Assembly (NCBI GenBank): GCA_964057225.1
Contig: OZ059900.1
Coordinates: 19,778,001 to 19,842,000 of the forward strand
Source of the DNA: Auanema rhodensis
Lineage: Eukaryota; Animalia; Nematoda
Direction: 5' to 3'
DNA length: 64,000 bases
Shown here: one piece after another, positions 1 through 12,308 of the stretch
How the letters are laid out: each line of letters starts with the position of its first letter
Position numbering within the stretch: the stretch's first letter is position 1
Program-made: the position numbers and the translations under genes
Notes under the pieces: generated by a model
The model's database searches: none
What the model saw: only the letters and a program-made list of their open reading frames with translations
Told to the model about the DNA's origin: nothing

Positions 1-12
1 AGCATAATAAAA

Positions 13-30
13 TATTTCTCATGGGAAATA
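13..30. repeat. 18-bp quasi-palindrome TATTTCTCA|TGGGAAATA (in every monomer)
   Basis: 8 of 9 arm positions are complementary with no spacer; perfect in G24A monomers, e.g. 9586-9603. Confidence 0.9.
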
Positions 31-145
31 CTGTGTTTTTGTATTTTTCTAGTGTTCAGCATGTGAAATGCTTCATTTTAGTATGTAACACGCTGAAATT
101 CGTTGCATTTGACGACTCATATGAACAAAAATCGATTTAATCAAT

Positions 146-182
146 ATTAGCCATAAGGGGCGTGCCCTCAGAATATGCTAAT
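146..182. repeat. Nested inverted repeat at p146-182
   Basis: ATTAG(C)CATA / TATGCTAAT (9 bp with one bulge) enclose GGGC-GT-GCCC. Confidence 0.8.
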
Positions 183-396
183 TTCCTTAATTTTCTAACC
201 CCGGTTTTTTTGTCGTGAAAGTGGAATTAGACGTTGTAGGAACAATTTTGAGCTAGGTTTCATTGACATTGCATGAGTTTGAACACATGAAATCGTAAGT
301 CAAAACCTTGTTTACAGCGAAATTTCCAAAAACTGGTTTTCCAGCATAATAAAATATTTCTCATGGGAAATACTGTGTTTTTGTATTTTTCTAGTG

Positions 397-439
397 TTCA
401 GCATGTAAAATGTTTCATTTTAGTATGTAACACGCTGAA
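397..439. repeat. Nested inverted repeat at p55-97 (shown for monomer 2)
   Basis: Outer arms TTCAGCATGT / ACACGCTGAA (9/10 complementary) enclose TAAAATG-nnn-CATTTTA (7/7, 3-nt loop; the two stems share p64). Confidence 0.85.
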
Positions 440-1368
440 ATTCGTTGCATTTGACGACTCATATGAACAAAAATCGATTTAATCAATATTAGCCATAAGG
501 GGCGTGCCCTCAGAATATGCTAATTTCCTTAATTTTCTAACCCCTGTTTTTTTGTCGTGAAAGTGGAACTAGACGTTGTAGGAACAATTTTGAGCTAGGT
601 TTCATTGACATTGCATGAGTTTGAACACATGAAATCGTAAGTCAAAACCTTGTTTACAGCGAAATTTCCAAAAACTGGTTTTCCAGCATAATAAAATATT
701 TCTCATGGGAAATACTGTGTTTTTGTATTTTTCTAGTGTTCAGCATGTAAAATGCTTCATTTTAGTATGTAACACGCTGAAATTCGTTGCATTTGACGAC
801 TCATATGAACAAAAATCGATTTAATCAATATTAGCCATAAGGGGCGTGCCCTCAGAATATGCTAATTTCCTTAATTTTCTAACCCCTGTTTTTTTGTCGT
901 GAAAGTGGAATTAGACGTTGTAGGAACAATTTTGAGCTAGGTTTCATTGACATTGCATGAGTTTGAACACATGAAATCGTAAGTCAAAACCTTGTTTACA
1001 GCGAAATTTCCAAAAACTGGTTTTCCAGCATAATAAAATATTTCTCATGGGAAATACTGTGTTTTTGTATTTTTCTAGTGTTCAGCATGTAAAATGCTTC
1101 ATTTTAGTATGTAACACGCTGAAATTCGTTGCATTTGACGACTCATATGAACAAAAATCGATTTAATCAATATTAGCCATAAGGGGCGTGCCCTCAGAAT
1201 ATGCTAATTTCCTTAATTTTCTAACCCCTGTTTTTTTGTCGTGAAAGTGGAACTAGACGTTGTAGGAACAATTTTGAGCTAGGTTTCATTGACATTGCAT
1301 GAGTTTGAACACATGAAATCGTAAGTCAAAACCTTGTTTACAGCGAAATTTCCAAAAACTGGTTTTCC

Positions 1369-4300
1369 AGCATAATAAAATATTTCTCATGGGAAATACT
1401 GTGTTTTTGTATTTTTCTAGTGTTCAGCATGTGAAATGCTTCATTTTAGTATGTAACACGCTGAAATTCGTTGCATTTGACGACTCATATGAACAAAAAT
1501 CGATTTAATCAATATAAGCCATAAAGGGCGTGCCCTCAGAATATGCTAATTTCCTTAATTTTCTAACCACTGTTTTTTTGTCGTGAAAGTGGAACTAGAC
1601 GTTGTAGGAACAATTTTGAGCTAGGTTTCATTGACATTGCATGAGTTTGAACACATGAAATCGTAAGTCAAAACCTTGTTTACAGCGAAATTTCCAAAAA
1701 CTGGTTTTCCAGCATAATAAAATATTTCTCATGGGAAATACTGTGTTTTTGTATTTTTCTAGTGTTCAGCATGTAAAATGCTTCATTTTAGTATGTAACA
1801 CGCTGAAATTCGTTGCATTTGACTACTCATATGAACAAAAATCGATTTAATCAATATTAGCCATAAGGGGCGTGCCCTCAGAATATGCTAATTTCCTTAA
1901 TTTTCTAACCCCTGTTTTTTTGTCGTGAAAGTGGAACTAGACGTTGTAGGAACAATTTTGAGCTAGGTTTCATTGACATTGCATGAGTTTGAACACATGA
2001 AATCGTAAGTCAAAACCTTGTTTACAGCGAAATTTCCAAAAACTGGTTTTCCAGCATAATAAAATATTTCTCATGGGAAATACTGTGTTTTTGTATTTTT
2101 CTAGTGTTCAGCATGTGAAATGCTTCATTTTAGTATGTAACACGCTGAAATTCGTTGCATTTGACGACTCATATGAACAAAAATCGATTTAATCAATATT
2201 AGCCATAAGGGGCGTGCCCTCAGAATATGCTAATTTCCTTAATTTTCTAACCCCGGTTTTTTTGTCGTGAAAGTGGAATTAGACGTTGTAGGAACAATTT
2301 TGAGCTAGGTTTCATTGACATTGCATGAGTTTGAACACATGAAATCGTAAGTCAAAACCTTGTTTACAGCGAAATTTCCAAAAACTGGTTTTCCAGCATA
2401 ATAAAATATTTCTCATGGGAAATACTGTGTTTTTGTATTTTTCTAGTGTTCAGCATGTAAAATGCTTCATTTTAGTATGTAACACGCTGAAATTCGTTGC
2501 ATTTGACTACTCATATGAACAAAAATCGATTTAATCAATATTAGCCATAAGGGGCGTGCCCTCAGAATATGCTAATTTCCTTAATTTTCTAACCCCTGTT
2601 TTTTTGTCGTGAAAGTGGAACTAGACGTTGTACAAACAATTTTGAGCTAGGTTTCATTGACATTGCATGACTTTGAACACATGAAATCGTAAGTCAAAAC
2701 CTTGTTTACAGCGAAATTTCCAAAAACTGGTTTTCCAGCATAATAAAATATTTCTCATGGGAAATACTGTGTTTTTGTATTTTTCTAGTGTTCAGCATGT
2801 GAAATGCTTCATTTTAGTATGTAACACGCTGAAATTCGTTGCATTTGACGACTCATATGAACAAAAATCGATTTAATCAATATTAGCCATAAGGGGCGTG
2901 CCCTCAGAATATGCTAATTTCCTTAATTTTCTAACCCCGGTTTTTTTGTCGTGAAAGTGGAATTAGACGTTGTAGGAACAATTTTGAGCTAGGTTTCATT
3001 GACATTGCATGAGTTTGAACACATGAAATCGTAAGTCAAAACCTTGTTTACAGCGAAATTTCCAAAAACTGGTTTTCCAGCATAATAAAATATTTCTCAT
3101 GGGAAATACTGTGTTTTTGTATTTTTCTAGTGTTCAGCATGTAAAATGTTTCATTTTAGTATGTAACACGCTGAAATTCGTTGCATTTGACGACTCATAT
3201 GAACAAAAATCGATTTAATCAATATTAGCCATAAGGGGCGTGCCCTCAGAATATGCTAATTTCCTTAATTTTCTAACCCCTGTTTTTTTGTCGTGAAAGT
3301 GGAACTAGACGTTGTAGGAACAATTTTGAGCTAGGTTTCATTGACATTGCATGAGTTTGAACACATGAAATCGTAAGTCAAAACCTTGTTTACAGCGAAA
3401 TTTCCAAAAACTGGTTTTCCAGCATAATAAAATATTTCTCATGGGAAATACTGTGTTTTTGTATTTTTATAGTGTTCAGCATGTAAAATGCTTCATTTTA
3501 GTATGTAACACGCTGAAATTCGTTGCATTTGACGACTCATATGAACAAAAATCGATTTAATCAATATTAGCCATAAGGGGCGTGCCCTCAGAATATGCTA
3601 ATTTCCTTAATTTTCTAACCCCGGTTTTTTGTCGTGAAAGTGGAATTAGACGTTGTAGGAACAATTTTGAGCTAGGTTTCATTGACATTGCATGAGTTTG
3701 AACACATGAAATCGTAAGTCAAAACCTTGTTTACAGCGAAATTTCCAAAAACTGGTTTTCCAGCATAATAAAATATTTCTCATGGGAAATACTGTGTTTT
3801 TGTATTTTTCTAGTGTTCAGCATGTAAAATGCTTCATTTTAGTATGTAACACGCTGAAATTCGTTGCATTTGACTACTCATATGAACAAAAATCGATTTA
3901 ATCAATATTAGCCATAAGGGGCGTGCCCTCAGAATATGCTAATTTCCTTAATTTTCTAACCCCTGTTTTTTTGTCGTGAAAGTGGAACTAGACGTTGTAG
4001 GAACAATTTTGAGCTAGGTTTCATTGACATTGCATGAGTTTGAACACATGAAATCGTAAGTCAAAACCTTGTTTACAGCGAAATTTCCAAAAACTGGTTT
4101 TCCAGCATAATAAAATATTTCTCATGGGAAATACTGTGTTTTTGTATTTTTCTAGTGTTCAGCATGTGAAATGCTTCATTTTAGTATGTAACACGCTGAA
4201 ATTCGTTGCATTTGACGACTCATATGAACAAAAATCGATTTAATCAATATTAGCCATAAGGGGCGTGCCCTCAGAATATGCTAATTTCCTTAATTTTCTA

Positions 4301-7300
4301 ACCCCGGTTTTTTTGTCGTGAAAGTGGAATTAGACGTTGTAGGAACAATTTTGAGCTAGGTTTCATTGACATTGCATGAGTTTGAACACATGAAATCGTA
4401 AGTCAAAACCTTGTTTACAGCGAAATTTCCAAAAACTGGTTTTCCAGCATAATAAAATATTTCTCATGGGAAATACTGTGTTTTTGTATTTTTCTAGTGT
4501 TCAGCATGTAAAATGTTTCATTTTAGTATGTAACACGCTGAAATTCGTTGCATTTGACGACTCATATGAACAAAAATCGATTTAATCAATATTAGCCATA
4601 AGGGGCGTGCCCTCAGAATATGCTAATTTCCTTAATTTTCTAACCCCTGTTTTTTTGTCGTGAAAGTGGAACTAGACGTTGTAGGAACAATTTTGAGCTA
4701 GGTTTCATTGACATTGCATGAGTTTGAACACATGAAATCGTAAGTCAAAACCTTGTTTACAGCGAAATTTCCAAAAACTGGTTTTCCAGCATAATAAAAT
4801 ATTTCTCATGGGAAATACTGTGTTTTTGTATTTTTCTAGTGTTCAGCATGTGAAATGCTTCATTTTAGTATGTAACACGCTGAAATTCGTTGCATTTGAC
4901 GACTCATATGAACAAAAATCGATTTAATCAATATTAGCCATAAGGGGCGTGCCCTCAGAATATGCTAATTTCCTTAATTTTCTAACCCCGGTTTTTTTGT
5001 CGTGAAAGTGGAATTAGACGTTGTAGGAACAATTTTGAGCTAGGTTTCATTGACATTGCATGAGTTTGAACACATGAAATCGTAAGTCAAAACCTTGTTT
5101 ACAGCGAAATTTCCAAAAACTGGTTTTCCAGCATAATAAAATATTTCTCATGGGAAATACTGTGTTTTTGTATTTTTCTAGTGTTCAGCATGTAAAATGC
5201 TTCATTTTAGTATGTAACACGCTGAAATTCGTTGCATTTGACTACTCATATGAACAAAAATCGATTTAATCAATATTAGCCATAAGGGGCGTGCCCTCAG
5301 AATATGCTAATTTCCTTAATTTTCTAACCCCTGTTTTTTTGTCGTGAAAGTGGAACTAGACGTTGTACAAACAATTTTGAGCTAGGTTTCATTGACATTG
5401 CATGACTTTGAACACATGAAATCGTAAGTCAAAACCTTGTTTACAGCGAAATTTCCAAAAACTGGTTTTCCAGCATAATAAAATATTTCTCATGGGAAAT
5501 ACTGTGTTTTTGTATTTTTCTAGTGTTCAGCATGTGAAATGCTTCATTTTAGTATGTAACACGCTGAAATTCGTTGCATTTGACGACTCATATGAACAAA
5601 AATCGATTTAATCAATATTAGCCATAAGGGGCGTGCCCTCAGAATATGCTAATTTCCTTAATTTTCTAACCCCGGTTTTTTTGTCGTGAAAGTGGAATTA
5701 GACGTTGTAGGAACAATTTTGAGCTAGGTTTCATTGACATTGCATGAGTTTGAACACATGAAATCGTAAGTCAAAACCTTGTTTACAGCGAAATTTCCAA
5801 AAACTGGTTTTCCAGCATAATAAAATATTTCTCATGGGAAATACTGTGTTTTTGTATTTTTCTAGTGTTCAGCATGTAAAATGTTTCATTTTAGTATGTA
5901 ACACGCTGAAATTCGTTGCATTTGACGACTCATATGAACAAAAATCGATTTAATCAATATTAGCCATAAGGGGCGTGCCCTCAGAATATGCTAATTTCCT
6001 TAATTTTCTAACCCCTGTTTTTTTGTCGTGAAAGTGGAACTAGACGTTGTAGGAACAATTTTGAGCTAGGTTTCATTGACATTGCATGAGTTTGAACACA
6101 TGAAATCGTAAGTCAAAACCTTGTTTACAGCGAAATTTCCAAAAACTGGTTTTCCAGCATAATAAAATATTTCTCATGGGAAATACTGTGTTTTTGTATT
6201 TTTATAGTGTTCAGCATGTAAAATGCTTCATTTTAGTATGTAACACGCTGAAATTCGTTGCATTTGACGACTCATATGAACAAAAATCGATTTAATCAAT
6301 ATTAGCCATAAGGGGCGTGCCCTCAGAATATGCTAATTTCCTTAATTTTCTAACCCCGGTTTTTTGTCGTGAAAGTGGAATTAGACGTTGTAGGAACAAT
6401 TTTGAGCTAGGTTTCATTGACATTGCATGAGTTTGAACACATGAAATCGTAAGTCAAAACCTTGTTTACAGCGAAATTTCCAAAAACTGGTTTTCCAGCA
6501 TAATAAAATATTTCTCATGGGAAATACTGTGTTTTTGTATTTTTCTAGTGTTCAGCATGTAAAATGCTTCATTTTAGTATGTAACACGCTGAAATTCGTT
6601 GCATTTGACTACTCATATGAACAAAAATCGATTTAATCAATATTAGCCATAAGGGGCGTGCCCTCAGAATATGCTAATTTCCTTAATTTTCTAACCCCTG
6701 TTTTTTTGTCGTGAAAGTGGAACTAGACGTTGTAGGAACAATTTTGAGCTAGGTTTCATTGACATTGCATGAGTTTGAACACATGAAATCGTAAGTCAAA
6801 ACCTTGTTTACAGCGAAATTTCCAAAAACTGGTTTTCCAGCATAATAAAATATTTCTCATGGGAAATACTGTGTTTTTGTATTTTTCTAGTGTTCAGCAT
6901 GTGAAATGCTTCATTTTAGTATGTAACACGCTGAAATTCGTTGCATTTGACGACTCATATGAACAAAAATCGATTTAATCAATATAAGCCATAAAGGGCG
7001 TGCCCTCAGAATATGCTAATTTCCTTAATTTTCTAACCACTGTTTTTTTGTCGTGAAAGTGGAACTAGACGTTGTAGGAACAATTTTGAGCTAGGTTTCA
7101 TTGACATTGCATGAGTTTGAACACATGAAATCGTAAGTCAAAACCTTGTTTACAGCGAAATTTCCAAAAACTGGTTTTCCAGCATAATAAAATATTTCTC
7201 ATGGGAAATACTGTGTTTTTGTATTTTTCTAGTGTTCAGCATGTAAAATGCTTCATTTTAGTATGTAACACGCTGAAATTCGTTGCATTTGACTACTCAT

Positions 7301-9573
7301 ATGAACAAAAATCGATTTAATCAATATTAGCCATAAGGGGCGTGCCCTCAGAATATGCTAATTTCCTTAATTTTCTAACCCCTGTTTTTTTGTCGTGAAA
7401 GTGGAACTAGACGTTGTAGGAACAATTTTGAGCTAGGTTTCATTGACATTGCATGAGTTTGAACACATGAAATCGTAAGTCAAAACCTTGTTTACAGCGA
7501 AATTTCCAAAAACTGGTTTTCCAGCATAATAAAATATTTCTCATGGGAAATACTGTGTTTTTGTATTTTTCTAGTGTTCAGCATGTGAAATGCTTCATTT
7601 TAGTATGTAACACGCTGAAATTCGTTGCATTTGACGACTCATATGAACAAAAATCGATTTAATCAATATTAGCCATAAGGGGCGTGCCCTCAGAATATGC
7701 TAATTTCCTTAATTTTCTAACCCCGGTTTTTTTGTCGTGAAAGTGGAATTAGACGTTGTAGGAACAATTTTGAGCTAGGTTTCATTGACATTGCATGAGT
7801 TTGAACACATGAAATCGTAAGTCAAAACCTTGTTTACAGCGAAATTTCCAAAAACTGGTTTTCCAGCATAATAAAATATTTCTCATGGGAAATACTGTGT
7901 TTTTGTATTTTTCTAGTGTTCAGCATGTAAAATGCTTCATTTTAGTATGTAACACGCTGAAATTCGTTGCATTTGACTACTCATATGAACAAAAATCGAT
8001 TTAATCAATATTAGCCATAAGGGGCGTGCCCTCAGAATATGCTAATTTCCTTAATTTTCTAACCCCTGTTTTTTTGTCGTGAAAGTGGAACTAGACGTTG
8101 TACAAACAATTTTGAGCTAGGTTTCATTGACATTGCATGACTTTGAACACATGAAATCGTAAGTCAAAACCTTGTTTACAGCGAAATTTCCAAAAACTGG
8201 TTTTCCAGCATAATAAAATATTTCTCATGGGAAATACTGTGTTTTTGTATTTTTCTAGTGTTCAGCATGTGAAATGCTTCATTTTAGTATGTAACACGCT
8301 GAAATTCGTTGCATTTGACGACTCATATGAACAAAAATCGATTTAATCAATATTAGCCATAAGGGGCGTGCCCTCAGAATATGCTAATTTCCTTAATTTT
8401 CTAACCCCGGTTTTTTTGTCGTGAAAGTGGAATTAGACGTTGTAGGAACAATTTTGAGCTAGGTTTCATTGACATTGCATGAGTTTGAACACATGAAATC
8501 GTAAGTCAAAACCTTGTTTACAGCGAAATTTCCAAAAACTGGTTTTCCAGCATAATAAAATATTTCTCATGGGAAATACTGTGTTTTTGTATTTTTCTAG
8601 TGTTCAGCATGTAAAATGTTTCATTTTAGTATGTAACACGCTGAAATTCGTTGCATTTGACGACTCATATGAACAAAAATCGATTTAATCAATATTAGCC
8701 ATAAGGGGCGTGCCCTCAGAATATGCTAATTTCCTTAATTTTCTAACCCCTGTTTTTTTGTCGTGAAAGTGGAACTAGACGTTGTAGGAACAATTTTGAG
8801 CTAGGTTTCATTGACATTGCATGAGTTTGAACACATGAAATCGTAAGTCAAAACCTTGTTTACAGCGAAATTTCCAAAAACTGGTTTTCCAGCATAATAA
8901 AATATTTCTCATGGGAAATACTGTGTTTTTGTATTTTTATAGTGTTCAGCATGTAAAATGCTTCATTTTAGTATGTAACACGCTGAAATTCGTTGCATTT
9001 GACGACTCATATGAACAAAAATCGATTTAATCAATATTAGCCATAAGGGGCGTGCCCTCAGAATATGCTAATTTCCTTAATTTTCTAACCCCGGTTTTTT
9101 GTCGTGAAAGTGGAATTAGACGTTGTAGGAACAATTTTGAGCTAGGTTTCATTGACATTGCATGAGTTTGAACACATGAAATCGTAAGTCAAAACCTTGT
9201 TTACAGCGAAATTTCCAAAAACTGGTTTTCCAGCATAATAAAATATTTCTCATGGGAAATACTGTGTTTTTGTATTTTTCTAGTGTTCAGCATGTAAAAT
9301 GCTTCATTTTAGTATGTAACACGCTGAAATTCGTTGCATTTGACTACTCATATGAACAAAAATCGATTTAATCAATATTAGCCATAAGGGGCGTGCCCTC
9401 AGAATATGCTAATTTCCTTAATTTTCTAACCCCTGTTTTTTTGTCGTGAAAGTGGAACTAGACGTTGTAGGAACAATTTTGAGCTAGGTTTCATTGACAT
9501 TGCATGAGTTTGAACACATGAAATCGTAAGTCAAAACCTTGTTTACAGCGAAATTTCCAAAAACTGGTTTTCC
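1369..9573 (+). repeat. Higher-order repeat, 8 monomers (2735 bp), 3 copies
   Basis: A diagnostic 341-bp monomer (C49A, T203G, 1-T deletion, C227T) lies at 3421, 6156, 8891. A monomer with G114T, CA at p239-240 and G277C lies at 2395, 5130, 7865. Both have 2735-bp spacing. Confidence 0.9.
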
Positions 9574-12308
9574 AGCATAATAAAATATTTCTCATGAGAA
9601 ATACTGTGTTTTTGTATTTTTCTAGTGTTCAGCATGTAAAATGCTTCATTTTAGTATGTAACACGATGAAATTCGTTGCATTTGACGACTCATATGAACA
9701 AAAATCGATTTAATCAATATTAGCCATAAGGGGCGTGCCCTCAGAATATGCTAATTTCATTAATTTTCTAACCCCTGTTTTTTTGTCGTGAAAGTGGAAC
9801 TAGACGTTGTAGGAACAATTTTGAGCTAGGTTTCATTGACATTGCATGAGTTTGAACACATGAAATCGTAAGTCAAAACCTTGTTTACAGCGAAATTTCC
9901 AAAAACTGGTTTTCCAGCATAATAAAATATTTCTCATGGGAAATACTGTGTTTTTGTATTTTTCTAGTGTTCAGCATGTAAAATGCTCCATTTTAGTATG
10001 TAACACGCTGAAATTCGTTGCATTTGACTACTCATATGAACAAAAATCGATTTAATCAATATTAGCCATAAGGGGCGTGCCCTCAGAATATGCTAATTTC
10101 CTTAATTTTCTAACCCCTGTTTTTTTGTCGTGAAAGTGGAACTAGACGTTGTACAAACAATTTTGAGCTAGGTTTCATTGACATTGCATGACTTTGAACA
10201 CATGAAATCGTAAGTCAAAACCTTGTTTACAGCGAAATTTCCAAAAACTGGTTTTCCAGCATAATAAAATATTTCTCATGGGAAATACTGTGTTTTTGTA
10301 TTTTTCTAGTGTTCAGCATGTGAAATGCTTCATTTTAGTATGTAACACGCTGAAATTCGTTGCATTTGACGACTCATATGAACAAAAATCGATTTAATCA
10401 ATATTAGCCATAAGGGGCGTGCCCTCAGAATATGCTAATTTCCTTAATTTTCTAACCCCGGTTTTTTTGTCGTGAAAGTGGAATTAGACGTTGTAGGAAC
10501 AATTTTGAGCTAGGTTTCATTGACATTGCATGAGTTTGAACACATGAAATCGTAAGTCAAAACCTTGTTTACAGCGAAATTTCCAAAAACTGGTTTTCCA
10601 GCATAATAAAATATTTCTCATGGGAAATACTGTGTTTTTGTATTTTTCTAGTGTTCAGCATGTAAAATGTTTCATTTTAGTATGTAACACGCTGAAATTC
10701 GTTGCATTTGACGACTCATATGAACAAAAATCGATTTAATCAATATTAGCCATAAGGGGCGTGCCCTCAGAATATGCTAATTTCCTTAATTTTCTAACCC
10801 CTGTTTTTTTGTCGTGAAAGTGGAACTAGACGTTGTAGGAACAATTTTGAGCTAGGTTTCATTGACATTGCATGAGTTTGAACACATGAAATCGTAAGTC
10901 AAAACCTTGTTTACAGCGAAATTTCCAAAAACTGGTTTTCCAGCATAATAAAATATTTCTCATGGGAAATACTGTGTTTTTGTATTTTTATAGTGTTCAG
11001 CATGTAAAATGCTTCATTTTAGTATGTAACACGCTGAAATTCGTTGCATTTGACGACTCATATGAACAAAAATCGATTTAATCAATATTAGCCATAAGGG
11101 GCGTGCCCTCAGAATATGCTAATTTCCTTAATTTTCTAACCCCGGTTTTTTGTCGTGAAAGTGGAATTAGACGTTGTAGGAACAATTTTGAGCTAGGTTT
11201 CATTGACATTGCATGAGTTTGAACACATGAAATCGTAAGTCAAAACCTTGTTTACAGCGAAATTTCCAAAAACTGGTTTTCCAGCATAATAAAATATTTC
11301 TCATGGGAAATACTGTGTTTTTGTATTTTTCTAGTGTTCAGCATGTAAAATGCTTCATTTTAGTATGTAACACGCTGAAATTCGTTGCATTTGACTACTC
11401 ATATGAACAAAAATCGATTTAATCAATATTAGCCATAAGGGGCGTGCCCTCAGAATATGCTAATTTCCTTAATTTTCTAACCCCTGTTTTTTTGTCGTGA
11501 AAGTGGAACTAGACGTTGTAGGAACAATTTTGAGCTAGGTTTCATTGACATTGCATGAGTTTGAACACATGAAATCGTAAGTCAAAACCTTGTTTACAGC
11601 GAAATTTCCAAAAACTGGTTTTCCAGCATAATAAAATATTTCTCATGAGAAATACTGTGTTTTTGTATTTTTCTAGTGTTCAGCATGTAAAATGCTTCAT
11701 TTTAGTATGTAACACGATGAAATTCGTTGCATTTGACGACTCATATGAACAAAAATCGATTTAATCAATATTAGCCATAAGGGGCGTGCCCTCAGAATAT
11801 GCTAATTTCATTAATTTTCTAACCCCTGTTTTTTTGTCGTGAAAGTGGAACTAGACGTTGTAGGAACAATTTTGAGCTAGGTTTCATTGACATTGCATGA
11901 GTTTGAACACATGAAATCGTAAGTCAAAACCTTGTTTACAGCGAAATTTCCAAAAACTGGTTTTCCAGCATAATAAAATATTTCTCATGGGAAATACTGT
12001 GTTTTTGTATTTTTCTAGTGTTCAGCATGTAAAATGCTCCATTTTAGTATGTAACACGCTGAAATTCGTTGCATTTGACGACTCATATGAACAAAAATCG
12101 ATTTAATCAATATTAGCCATAAGGGGCGTGCCCTCAGAATATGCTAATTTCCTTAATTTTCTAACCCCTGTTTTTTTGTCGTGAAAGTGGAACTAGACGT
12201 TGTAGGAACAATTTTGAGCTAGGTTTCATTGACATTGCATGAGTTTGAACACATGAAATCGTAAGTCAAAACCTTGTTTACAGCGAAATTTCCAAAAACT
12301 GGTTTTCC
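7865..12308 (+). repeat. 6-monomer (2051 bp) tandem duplication with chimeric junction monomer at 9916
   Basis: 341-bp monomer at 8891 and 10942; monomer with G24A/C93A/C186A at 9574 and 11625; T73C at 9988 and 12039. All are 2051 bp apart. Confidence 0.9.

Larger units (their letters stand above)
1..342 (+). repeat. Reference monomer of the satellite (342 bp, ~34% GC)
   Basis: First complete unit; many A/T tracts of 4-7 nt; one GC-rich patch at p151-170; single ClaI (p131-136) and NdeI (p118-123) sites. Confidence 0.98.

Noticed and set aside
98-114. CENP-B-box-like ATTCGTTGCATTTGACG
   Set aside because: Matches TTCG and the central A but lacks CGGG (6 of 9 essential positions), so it is not a functional box by the canonical definition.
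182-191. TTTCCTTAAT resembling a U12 branch site
   Set aside because: There is no U12 donor (RTATCCTT) in the monomer, and the common A190G variant alters it.
1-342. Primate alpha-satellite dimer, or another known ~340-bp satellite, suggested by length
   Set aside because: I see no alpha-satellite sequence similarity, and length alone does not identify a family.
1-342. Phased A-tracts giving intrinsic curvature
   Set aside because: Many A/T tracts exist, but I could not see sustained ~10.5-bp phasing by eye; needs a curvature calculation.
1-342. Tandemised MITE or other transposon
   Set aside because: No terminal inverted repeats bounding the unit, no target-site duplications and no array edge in the window to test origin.
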